A DNA stretch of 32,000 nucleotides, from the NCBI GenBank assembly GCA_900234795.1, contig LT962688.1, forward strand, positions 1,380,001 through 1,412,000, read 5' to 3'. Both the position numbers and the translations under genes were made by a program. The stretch's first letter is position 1. Each line of letters starts with the position of its first letter. Below are positions 17,870-25,781 of the stretch, in pieces. The DNA is from Methylorubrum extorquens (GTDB lineage Bacteria > Pseudomonadota > Alphaproteobacteria > Rhizobiales > Beijerinckiaceae). The notes under the pieces were generated by a model. It worked only from the letters and a program-made list of their open reading frames with translations. It did not search any database and was not told the origin of the DNA.

Positions 17870-19042
17870 TCAGGCTGCCTGCCCTCGCCTCTGATATAGG
17901 GACGACACGACCCGTTCGAACCCCGCCGCGAAGCGTTCGAGGTCTTCCGGGCGCGAATTCCAGCCGAAACTGACGCGCAACGCCCCCGCGGCGAGCGCAG
18001 GGCTCACGCCCATCGCTGCGAGCACGGGGGAACGGGCCACCTTGCCCGAGGCGCAGGCCGAGCCCGACGACACGGACAGGCCGGCGAGATCGAGGGCGAT
18101 CAGCGCCGTGGAGGCCGCGAGGCCCGGCACGGCGAAGCTCAGGGTGTTGGGCAGGCGCGGCGCCCCCTTCCCGAACACCACCATGTCCGGCGCGAGCGCC
18201 CGCAAGCGTGCTTCGAGGCCATCGCGCAAGCCCGCGAGCCGCACCACCTCGGCTTCCAGGCTGGATCGAGCGATCGCCGCCGCCTCGCCCATGCCGACAA
18301 TGCCCGAAAGGTTCTCGGTGCCGCCGCGCAGGCGCGCCTCCTGGCCGCCGCCGCGCAGGAAGGCCGTCTCCAGGCTCACGCCGTCGGCCAACACCATCGC
18401 GCCGGCGCCCTTCGGCGCGGCGAATTTGTGGCCCGACAGGGTCAGGGCGTCGAGGCCGAGGGCGGAAAAATCGAGCGGGATCTTTCCGACCGCTTGCACC
18501 GCGTCGCTGTGGACCAGAGCCCCTCCGTGAGCGCGGGCGAGCCGCACGATCTCGGCGAGCGGCTGCACCACCCCGGTCTCGTTGTTGGCCGCATGGACCG
18601 AGATCAGCACCGCCTCGTCCCGGCAGGCTTCGAGCCGGGCCGCGAGCACGTCGAGCCGCAGCAGGCCGGCCCCATCCACCGGCAGCACCGCGACCGCGTC
18701 CGGCGCGAAGCGGTGGCCCGCGGCAACGCACGGATGCTCGGTGGCCGAGATCATCAGACGGGTGGGGGCGGGGAGGCCCGCCTTCCGAAGCGCACCGGAG
18801 AGCACGGTGTTGGCGGCTTCCGTGCCGCCGCTGGTGAAAGTGATGCGCTCAAGCGTCGCGCCGAGCAGGGCGGCGAGCGCCGCCCGCGCCGTCTGCAGCG
18901 CATGGCGCGCGGCGCGGCCTTCCTGATGGATCGAGGAGGGATTACCGGGCAATGCGAGCGCGCGCGCGACCGCAGACGCGACTTCCGGACGCACCGGAGA
19001 AGTCGCATTGTGATCGAGATAGCTGCGCGCGCCGGACGTCAT
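17870..19042 (-). CDS. Cysteine desulfurase, group I (NifS/IscS-like aminotransferase class V)
   Basis: 390 aa. It has LDHNATSP, the PLP lysine in SGHKFAAPKGAG, and the active-site loop SSGSACASGK. It is the first gene of the suf cluster. Confidence 0.9.
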   Translation of the reverse strand: MTSGARSYLDHNATSPVRPEVASAVARALALPGNPSSIHQEGRAARHALQTARAALAALLGATLERITFTSGGTEAANTVLSGALRKAGLPAPTRLMISATEHPCVAAGHRFAPDAVAVLPVDGAGLLRLDVLAARLEACRDEAVLISVHAANNETGVVQPLAEIVRLARAHGGALVHSDAVQAVGKIPLDFSALGLDALTLSGHKFAAPKGAGAMVLADGVSLETAFLRGGGQEARLRGGTENLSGIVGMGEAAAIARSSLEAEVVRLAGLRDGLEARLRALAPDMVVFGKGAPRLPNTLSFAVPGLAASTALIALDLAGLSVSSGSACASGKVARSPVLAAMGVSPALAAGALRVSFGWNSRPEDLERFAAGFERVVSSLYQRRGQAA

Positions 19043-19162
19043 CCTGCCGTTTCGCTCCGTATCGTCCTGCCAGATCCTGATTTTCTTGATTTCGCCCCCC
19101 TTCCCCGTGCTAAGCCGCGCGAAACGCGCCGTGTGCTTCGCAGGTCGAGGCCCGACGAACTG

Positions 19163-19179
19163 TTTAGAATGATTCTAAT
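19163..19179. promoter_or_regulatory. Irr-type iron control element (ICE)-like box 1
   Basis: TTTAGAATGATTCTAAT against the ICE consensus TTTAGAA-N3-TTCTAAA matches 13 of 14 half-site positions. It lies in an AT-rich patch of the divergent nifS-like/hydrolase intergenic region, about 120 nt upstream of the suf cluster start. Confidence 0.55.
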
Positions 19180-19181
19180 GA

Positions 19182-19198
19182 CCTAGAATTATTCTAAG
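19182..19198. promoter_or_regulatory. Irr-type ICE-like box 2
   Basis: CCTAGAATTATTCTAAG contains the palindrome TAGAAT-T-ATTCTA and matches 11 of 14 consensus half-site positions. Its centre is 19 nt from the centre of box 1. Confidence 0.5.
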
Positions 19199-19302
19199 AG
19201 CGCTTGTAGGTGGCGCGCGCAACGAGTCAAGCCGTGACCGGCTCAGCCTGCCTGCCTTCGCGGGGGCATCAGGGGTGAGGGTCGGATCATCTCGAGGACA
19301 CC

Positions 19303-19959
19303 ATGCCCGAAGTCATCTTTTCCGGCCCCGCCGGCCGCCTGGAAGGCCGCTACCAAGCCCCCAAGAAGAAGGGCGCGCCGATCGCGATCGTGCTTCATCC
19401 GCACCCCCAGTTCGGGGGCACGATGAACAATCAAATCGTGTACAATCTTTTCTACACCTTCGCCAATCGCGGCTTCGCAGCCCTGCGCTTCAATTTCCGC
19501 GGGGTCGGGCGCAGCCAGGGCGCCTTCGATCACGGTTCGGGTGAACTCTCCGACGCCGCGGCTGCTCTCGACTGGGTGCAGTCGGTCAACCCGGAGGCGA
19601 AGTCCTGCTGGATCGCGGGCGTCTCGTTCGGCTCGTGGATCGGGATGCAGCTCCTGATGCGCCGCCCGGAGATCGAGGGCTTCATCTCGATCGCCGCCAT
19701 GGCCAACCGCTACGACTTCACCTTCTTGGCGCCCTGCCCCTCCTCCGGCCTGTTCGTGCATGGCTCGGAAGATCGGGTGGCGCCGGCCCGCGAGGTGATC
19801 CCGGTGATCGAGAAGGTGAAGACCCAGAAGGGCGTCATCATCGAGCACCAGATGGTCGAGGGTGCCAACCACTTCTTCGACGGCCGGGTCGACGAGCTGA
19901 CCCAGACCGTCGACACCTATCTCGACAAGCGTCTCGGGGCGAAGACCGAGGCGGCGTGA
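19303..19959 (+). CDS. Alpha/beta-fold hydrolase (small serine hydrolase family)
   Basis: 218 aa. It has the nucleophile elbow GVSFGS, the HPHPQFGGTMNN segment and a C-terminal GANHFF with the catalytic His. The ATG is preceded by GAGGA. Confidence 0.85.
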   Translation: MPEVIFSGPAGRLEGRYQAPKKKGAPIAIVLHPHPQFGGTMNNQIVYNLFYTFANRGFAALRFNFRGVGRSQGAFDHGSGELSDAAAALDWVQSVNPEAKSCWIAGVSFGSWIGMQLLMRRPEIEGFISIAAMANRYDFTFLAPCPSSGLFVHGSEDRVAPAREVIPVIEKVKTQKGVIIEHQMVEGANHFFDGRVDELTQTVDTYLDKRLGAKTEAA

Positions 19960-19980
19960 GGCGGAAGAGCGCGGCGGCCG

Positions 19981-20259
19981 TCAGCCTTTGACGGTCGCCG
20001 TGAAGTCGGACCATTGCTCGACGCGGAAGGCGCGCAGGTCGCGCACCGAGGCCGGGAACCACGGCAGGGCCTTCAGTGCCGCGATGGCTGCGAACAGCTT
20101 CGCCAGATCCTCGTCGCGGCTGACGTAAAGGCTCCCCTGAACCCAGTTGAATCCTTGCCGGGCGAGCACCGTGCGGATGTCACTGTAGGCTTGTGCGATG
20201 CCCTTCGGATGATGGGCCTGCGTCTCGACGACGACCAGATCGAAGGCGATTGCGAACAT
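19981..20259 (-). CDS. vapD: VapD-family endoribonuclease (Cas2-like fold), putative toxin
   Basis: 92 aa. MFAIAFDL...QAYSDIRTVLARQGFNWVQGSLYVS...VRDLRAFRVEQWSDFTATVKG aligns along its whole length with my recollection of Helicobacter/Haemophilus VapD (MYALAFDL...GFEWTQGSVYV...VRDIRAFKVEDFSDFTEIVKS). Confidence 0.9.
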   Translation of the reverse strand: MFAIAFDLVVVETQAHHPKGIAQAYSDIRTVLARQGFNWVQGSLYVSRDEDLAKLFAAIAALKALPWFPASVRDLRAFRVEQWSDFTATVKG

Positions 20260-20471
20260 CAGCCTTCCGCAGGGTCTTCGAGAAGGTCTGTGAGCGGGTA
20301 GTCAAGCTCCTCACCCGTCTCCAAGACGCGAATCCGCATCTGCGGGTGATCCGCGGCCTTCGGCTCCGTCACGCCGACGATTTCATAGACAGGCCCAGCC
20401 GAGCCGAAGCGCCGCCATGAGCCGATCAGGCTGCGGGGTTCTTGGAAAGCCGCAGGCTTCGCATCGAGCAT
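20259..20471 (-). CDS. Small protein upstream of vapD, putative cognate antitoxin/partner (70 aa)
   Basis: The ORF reads MLDAKPAAFQEPRSLIGSWRRFGSAGPVYEIVGVTEPKAADHPQMRIRVLETGEELDYPLTDLLEDPAEG. Its stop overlaps the vapD start (TGATG at 20261-20257). It has an acidic C-terminus. No family is assigned with confidence. Confidence 0.55.
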   Translation of the reverse strand: MLDAKPAAFQEPRSLIGSWRRFGSAGPVYEIVGVTEPKAADHPQMRIRVLETGEELDYPLTDLLEDPAEG

Positions 20472-20549
20472 GGAAGTGTCCTCGGGAGCCGCACGTCCGA
20501 CACCGGCAACATGGCATGAAAAGGCCTGCGGCGGCGAGAGGCTCCGGCC

Positions 20550-23500
20550 TCAGGCCGCCCGTGCCACAGCCTCGGCCGCCGCGTGCACCACGGGCACGGC
20601 AGGCGCGCCCTCCCATTCCGAATGTGCCGGGATCGACTCGCCCTTCATGACGATGGTGAGCGGGCGCAGCCGCGCGTAGTCGCCGACATGGCTGTCGTAG
20701 AGGACGGTGGAGAAGGCGCCCACCGTGACGCCGCGCCCGACCACGACGCGGCCGACCTTCATGATGCGATCCTCGTAGAGATGGGTCTGGAGCGCGGCCG
20801 AGCGGTTGATCGCCGCGAAGTCGCCGATCTCGACGCAGTCGAACTCGGTGATGTCGGTCATCAGCAGGCAGGCGCCCTTGCCCACCTTCACGCCGAAGAG
20901 CCGCAGCATCCAGGGCAGGAACGGCGTGCCCATCAGGTGCTCCAGCAGCACCTTGCCGGCGAGTCCCCAATAGGCGACGGCGATCGCCTCGGTCCGCATC
21001 GCCCACCACGACCACATCGGCCGCATGCCGGGGCGGTAGCGTCCCATCAGGAGCCATTTGAGGGCGATGACGCTGCTCGTCTGGATCAGCGCGATGGCGA
21101 GGCTCACGAGCACGAAGGCAAGCGCCAGCCCGCCCCAATCCTCGGCGAGGATGGCCGGGTAGAACACCCAGTCGATCGCGCAGATGGCGAGCGAGATGTA
21201 GAGCATCGGCGAGAACGAGGTGGCGAAGGCCTCGAACAGGCCGCGCCGCAGCTTGGCCCACACGCTCGGCTCGAAGGTCTGGGCGTTGGAGCCGAGATCG
21301 ACCTTCTGGCGGACCGGCAGGCGGATCGGCGGTGAGCCGAACCACGTCTCGCCCGGCCCCATCTTGTCGTTGGCCGGCGGCTTCGACTTGATGCCGATCA
21401 GCACGTCGTCGGGGATGTGCGCGCCCGGCGGCAGCACGCCGTCATTGCCGACGAAGACGCGGGCGCCGGTCTCTACGGGATGGAGATGCATCCAGCCGCG
21501 GCGGATCTCCTCCTCGCCGACCACCACCTCGTCGGCGATGAAGTTGTTGGCGCCGACCGCGACGAGGTCGTGGCGCGAGCCGAGATTGGTCGAGATCTCG
21601 GCGCCCCTTCCCATCCGCGCGCCCATCAGCCGGTACCAGGCCCGCATGTAGACGGTGGCGAACAGCGAGGAGAGCGTCTCCAGCGTCACTTCGGAGGCGA
21701 GCGCCACCAGCCACTTGCGCAGGTAGAAGCCCGACCAGATCGAGAAGGTGCCGTGCGTGACCCGCGGCAGCACCGCCCAGCGGATGGCGGCGATGAGCAG
21801 CACCGTGCCCGCCGTCATCAGCATGGCGGTGGGCCAGGTCAGCAGCGGCAGGTAGACGTGGTAATCGACGTCGGTGAGTTCCGAGAGGTTATCGGAGATC
21901 TGGTCGAAGAGGTAGAAGGCCGGGAAGATCGGCAGCAGGCCGACCGCCGGCACCGCCGCGAGCAGGAAGGCGTAGACCGCACCGAAGGCCGCCCGGCGGG
22001 CGGGCGAGGCGGTGGCCGGTTCGGGCAGCGCGGAAAAATCGACGGTGCCGACCCGGCGGCCCGGCGAGCCGTCCCAGGCCTCGGCCGGGCCGACTTCGGT
22101 GCCGGCCGGCACGGTGGTGAGGTCGGCGATCTCGGCATGGTCTCCGATCACCGTGCCGGGGCCGATCACGCAGGAGGTGCCGATGGCGACATCCTCGCCG
22201 ATCTCGACGGAGCCGATGACGAGTTCGTTGCCGACGACCTCCGCGTTGGCGATCACCAGCCGCCCGCCGAGCGACGCGCCGCGGCCGATGGTGAGCAGAT
22301 CGGGTGCGCCGACATCGAGGTCGGAGATCAGCACGTCATCGCCGATCCGCGCGCCGAGCAGGCGCAGATAGGTGACGATGACGGGGGAGCCCTGGAGCCA
22401 CTTGATGTGCACCAGCGGCGTCAGGCGCTGCGCCAGCCACCAGCGGTAATAATAGACGCCCCAGAGCGGATAGCGGCCGGGCTTTGTCCGCCCGAGGATC
22501 AGCCATTTGGCGGCGATCGCGATCGTCGCGGTGACCGCGTTGATGCCGATATAGACCAGCAGGAGAACGCCGAGTTCGCCCCAGAAGCCGAGCCCGCCGC
22601 CGGTGAGCAGCAGGTAGGTGACGAAGATGCCGAGCCATTGCGCGGTGGCCAGCGCGATGACGAAGGGCAGCGTGATTGCCTGCGCCAGCCCGCAGAGCGC
22701 CCGGCGCAGCAGCGGGGGCGGAGCAAAGCTCAGGTCGCGGATCGCGGTCTGGGCGCCGGCCCCGCCCGTGCGCTCGATCAGACTCGCGGCCATCACCCGC
22801 AGGGTGCGGCCGTTATAGACGTCCTGCAGGGTGATGCCAGCGAGCGCCGGGATCTCGCGCACCGCACCGACGAAGCGGGCGGCGAGCAGCGAGTGGCCGC
22901 CGAGTTCGGAGAAGAAGTCGGCCTCGAGCCCGATCGGACCGTCGCCGAACACCTTTTTCGCCGCCGCCAGCAAAGCGGCCTCGGTCTCGTTGTCGGGGGC
23001 CTCCTGCTCGCCGTCGGCCACCGCCACGGTCAGCGGCGCGATCCGAAGCGCCTTGCGATCGACCTTGCCGGAGGTGAGCCGCGGCAGGGTCTCGACCGTC
23101 TCGAAATGGCCGGGCACCATGTAGGGCGGCATCTGCGCCGCGAGATTCTTTCGCAGCGCCGCGCGGTCGAGGGCGGCATTCCGCTCAGGCACGAGGAAGG
23201 CGACGAGGCGGTCGACCTCGTCGTCGCGGCGCAAGACCACCGCCGCCTGATTGATCCCGTCCTGCGCCCGGATGCGCGCCTCGATCTCGCCGAGCTCCAC
23301 GCGAAAACCGCGGATCTTGACCTGATCGTCGATGCGGCCGTGGAAGACGATGTCGCCCTCCGGCGTCATCGAGACCGCGTCGCCCGAGCGGTAGAGTACC
23401 GGATCGGCCCCGTCGGACGGGTAGGGGTTGGCGACGAATTTTTCCGCCGTCAGTTCGGGCCGCTTGAGGTAGCCGGCCGCGACGCCGGGGCCGCCGATCA

Positions 23501-24656
23501 GCAGCTCGCCTTGCTCGCCCGGCGCGAGGAGGTTCAGCGCCTCGTCGGCGACGTAGACCGAATAATTCGGGATCGGGCCGCCAATGGTGACGGGCCGGCC
23601 CGGCCGCATCTCGGCGGCGGTCGCCACCACGGTGGCTTCGGTCGGGCCGTAGGTGTTGAACAGGCGCCGCTCACGGATCGCCCAGCGCGCCACCAGCGGC
23701 TCGGGCAGGGCCTCGCCGCCGAGCAGCACGAGGCGGACACTCGGCAGGTCGCCGGGGATCATGGCGAGCAGGGTCGGCACCGTGTCGAGCACGGTGATCC
23801 CGGCCTCCGCGATGATCGCGGGCAGGGATTCGACGTCGCCCATCATCGCCGGGCTCGCCACGAACAGGCAGGCGCCGACGAGATAGGGAACCCAGATCTC
23901 CTCCATCGAGAGATCGAAGGCGACGGAGGCGCCCTGGAACACCACGTCGTCGGCGCCGAGGCCGTAGACCGCGTTGCCCGAGCGCAGGAAGTGGCAGATG
24001 TTGGCGTGGCTGATGACGATGCCCTTCGGCACGCCGGTCGAGCCCGAGGTGTAGATCAGGTAGGCCGGGTGCTCCGGCCCGAGGCCGGCAGCGTCGAGAT
24101 CGGGCGCGGAGGCTCCCTGCCGGGCCCGCAGAAGCGCTTCGGTGGTGACGGCGGGCGTGCCCTCCGGTGCCTGCGGCCGCAGGGCCTCCGAGACGAGGAG
24201 CGCCTTGGCCTCGGCATCGTTCAGGCAGACCGCGACCCGGTCGGCGGGCGCCTCGGCGTCGAAGGGCAGCCAGGCGGCGCCGGATTTCGTGATGCCGATC
24301 TGCGCGATCAGCAGTTCGGTGCCGCGGGCCATCCACAGCCCCACGACGTCGCCGGGGCCGATGCCGCGGGTGGACAGCCCGGCGGCGATGGCGTCGGAAC
24401 GGGCATCGACCTCCGCATAGGACAGGACCGGACGGCGCCCGCCGGAGCCGGGCTCAGCGGCGTCGATCAGGCAGGGCGCGTCAGCGCGCGCAGCGGCGCT
24501 CGCCCGGAACAGGTCGGCCAGGGTCTCCCGGCGGATCAGATCGGGCCGCGCAGCCCCCCGTAGAACGGCGCGGCCACCGAGGCGCTCGCCCGGTCCTTCG
24601 TCGTGCCGTCCCACCTCGGCGAGACCGCTCATCCGATGCTCTGCTGCCGATTCCAC
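20550..24656 (-). CDS. Pls/PosA-family single-module non-ribosomal peptide synthetase (A-T plus three membrane-embedded LbH/acyltransferase-like domains); putative homopoly(amino acid) synthetase
   Basis: 1368 aa from GTG 24656, or 1360 aa from ATG 24632. Adenylation cores are LSYAEVD, TKSGAAWLPFD, YLIYTSGSTGVPKG, FDLSMEE, NTYGPTE, GELLIGGPGVAAGYL, YRSGD, GRIDDQVKIRGFRVELGEIE, PPYMVP and SGKVDRKAL. The carrier domain has FFSELGGHSLLA. No C or TE domain is present. Instead there are three tandem repeats, each with two hydrophobic helices followed by a hexapeptide-repeat segment (for example IGDDVLISDLDVGAPDLLTIGRGASLGGRLVI). Confidence 0.9.
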   Translation of the reverse strand: MESAAEHRMSGLAEVGRHDEGPGERLGGRAVLRGAARPDLIRRETLADLFRASAAARADAPCLIDAAEPGSGGRRPVLSYAEVDARSDAIAAGLSTRGIGPGDVVGLWMARGTELLIAQIGITKSGAAWLPFDAEAPADRVAVCLNDAEAKALLVSEALRPQAPEGTPAVTTEALLRARQGASAPDLDAAGLGPEHPAYLIYTSGSTGVPKGIVISHANICHFLRSGNAVYGLGADDVVFQGASVAFDLSMEEIWVPYLVGACLFVASPAMMGDVESLPAIIAEAGITVLDTVPTLLAMIPGDLPSVRLVLLGGEALPEPLVARWAIRERRLFNTYGPTEATVVATAAEMRPGRPVTIGGPIPNYSVYVADEALNLLAPGEQGELLIGGPGVAAGYLKRPELTAEKFVANPYPSDGADPVLYRSGDAVSMTPEGDIVFHGRIDDQVKIRGFRVELGEIEARIRAQDGINQAAVVLRRDDEVDRLVAFLVPERNAALDRAALRKNLAAQMPPYMVPGHFETVETLPRLTSGKVDRKALRIAPLTVAVADGEQEAPDNETEAALLAAAKKVFGDGPIGLEADFFSELGGHSLLAARFVGAVREIPALAGITLQDVYNGRTLRVMAASLIERTGGAGAQTAIRDLSFAPPPLLRRALCGLAQAITLPFVIALATAQWLGIFVTYLLLTGGGLGFWGELGVLLLVYIGINAVTATIAIAAKWLILGRTKPGRYPLWGVYYYRWWLAQRLTPLVHIKWLQGSPVIVTYLRLLGARIGDDVLISDLDVGAPDLLTIGRGASLGGRLVIANAEVVGNELVIGSVEIGEDVAIGTSCVIGPGTVIGDHAEIADLTTVPAGTEVGPAEAWDGSPGRRVGTVDFSALPEPATASPARRAAFGAVYAFLLAAVPAVGLLPIFPAFYLFDQISDNLSELTDVDYHVYLPLLTWPTAMLMTAGTVLLIAAIRWAVLPRVTHGTFSIWSGFYLRKWLVALASEVTLETLSSLFATVYMRAWYRLMGARMGRGAEISTNLGSRHDLVAVGANNFIADEVVVGEEEIRRGWMHLHPVETGARVFVGNDGVLPPGAHIPDDVLIGIKSKPPANDKMGPGETWFGSPPIRLPVRQKVDLGSNAQTFEPSVWAKLRRGLFEAFATSFSPMLYISLAICAIDWVFYPAILAEDWGGLALAFVLVSLAIALIQTSSVIALKWLLMGRYRPGMRPMWSWWAMRTEAIAVAYWGLAGKVLLEHLMGTPFLPWMLRLFGVKVGKGACLLMTDITEFDCVEIGDFAAINRSAALQTHLYEDRIMKVGRVVVGRGVTVGAFSTVLYDSHVGDYARLRPLTIVMKGESIPAHSEWEGAPAVPVVHAAAEAVARAA

Positions 24657-24878
24657 GTGCTGCCCATTCCCGGATCGGTCGAACCCCGCGCCGACGCTGG
24701 CGGCGCGCGATCCCGCGCCCCATGCTCGGCACCCTTGGCGGTTTTGCGACAGGATCGCGCCATACGGATGATTGTGGTCGAGAGACCCGCCCGGATGTCC
24801 CGCACGCGTTCCATATACGGGATGGGCGGCCAGGAAACCGGTCTTCCCGAACAGCCCGGACCTGCGATGCCGCCCGGC

Positions 24879-25772
24879 TCAGCCGGTGACGAGGTGCAGG
24901 GCCCGGTCGGCCGGCGCGATCCGCACCTGCCGGCCCCAGCCGAAGCCGAGAAAGTCCTGCTCGATTCCGTCGGCGAAGATCACGCCGCCCTCGTTCATCC
25001 GCGAGGTGACGACCAGCGGCGCATCGGTGAGCTTGCCGGCGCGCAGCCGCGTCGCGGTGGCGACGCTCGGGAACGGCTCGCGCACCCAGTAGCCCACCGC
25101 CCGCTCGTCGGGCTCGAGCGGCAGGTCGAGCCGGGTCGCCTCACTGATCGAGCGGGCCCAGCCGGTCGCCCCGGTGCCGGAGGCGACGATAAGGCCGCTG
25201 GAGGAATGCTCCTCCGCCTCGCTTCCGGCCTCGATCCGGTAGCGCGCGGATTGGTGGCTGCGGTGGCCGACAAAAATCTCGTTGAGGGCGAACAGGCGCT
25301 CGGTGCCGTCGATCACCGCCTGGACCATGGTGCGCCGCTCGATTGCGGCCGCGCCGGCGACGCTCGCCGGCAGCAGCCGGGCCAGCCGCTCGACGGGGTT
25401 GCGCGCCAGCACGCCGTCATAGAGGTCCGGCGCCGGGTTCACCCCGATCACCGGCTGCTCGCCTAGATACTTGGCGACGTTGGCGATCAGCCCGTCCTGC
25501 CCGACGGCGACGACCACGTCGTCCCCGGCGAACAGGAAGCGGTCGAGGTCGGCCCGCCGCACCAGGGCCTGGCGCCACTCGCCCGGCACCGCGGCCCGCG
25601 CCTGTGCCAGCACCGCGTGGAAGCGCTCGTGGCGGGCCTCGACCGCGGCGAGCCCCTGGCCGCGGCTCTCGAGGAAGAAGCGGGCCTGTCCCCGCGTGGC
25701 GTGCCGGGCGATCAGCAACTCGTAATCGGTCTCGCGGGTGACGAAGACCACCCGGGGGGTAAGCGCGGCCAT
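24879..25772 (-). CDS. NAD kinase-fold protein (ATP-NAD kinase/DAGK superfamily), atypical
   Basis: 297 aa. VVVAVGQDGLIANV replaces the GGDG motif. NEIFVG matches the NE/D motif. SSGLIVASGTGATGWARS matches the Gly-rich TPTGSTAY-like motif. The start lies 9 nt after the SPFH gene stop. Confidence 0.75.
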   Translation of the reverse strand: MAALTPRVVFVTRETDYELLIARHATRGQARFFLESRGQGLAAVEARHERFHAVLAQARAAVPGEWRQALVRRADLDRFLFAGDDVVVAVGQDGLIANVAKYLGEQPVIGVNPAPDLYDGVLARNPVERLARLLPASVAGAAAIERRTMVQAVIDGTERLFALNEIFVGHRSHQSARYRIEAGSEAEEHSSSGLIVASGTGATGWARSISEATRLDLPLEPDERAVGYWVREPFPSVATATRLRAGKLTDAPLVVTSRMNEGGVIFADGIEQDFLGFGWGRQVRIAPADRALHLVTG

Positions 25773-25781
25773 GAGCCCCCC

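Noticed and set aside
21417-24563. A 1048-aa ORF on the plus strand opposite the Pls-like gene. Similar long antisense ORFs occur at 174-1631(+), 1099-2757(-), 7658-9400(-), 12565-13755(+), 16268-17899(+), 25617-26933(+), 28304-29674(-) and 30624-31586(-).
   Set aside because: These are typical shadow ORFs of very GC-rich DNA. Their translations are Arg/Ala/Gly/Pro/Asp-rich with no recognisable motifs. Each lies exactly opposite a gene with strong family signatures and proper codon bias.
24629-24814. The 61-aa ORF upstream of the Pls-like gene as an MbtH-like or leader protein.
   Set aside because: It has no MbtH signature (no conserved Trp/Pro pattern). The composition is Arg-rich and third-position GC is clearly lower than in real genes. 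If the synthetase starts at GTG 24656, the ORF overlaps it. It is mentioned only as a low-priority item in the findings.
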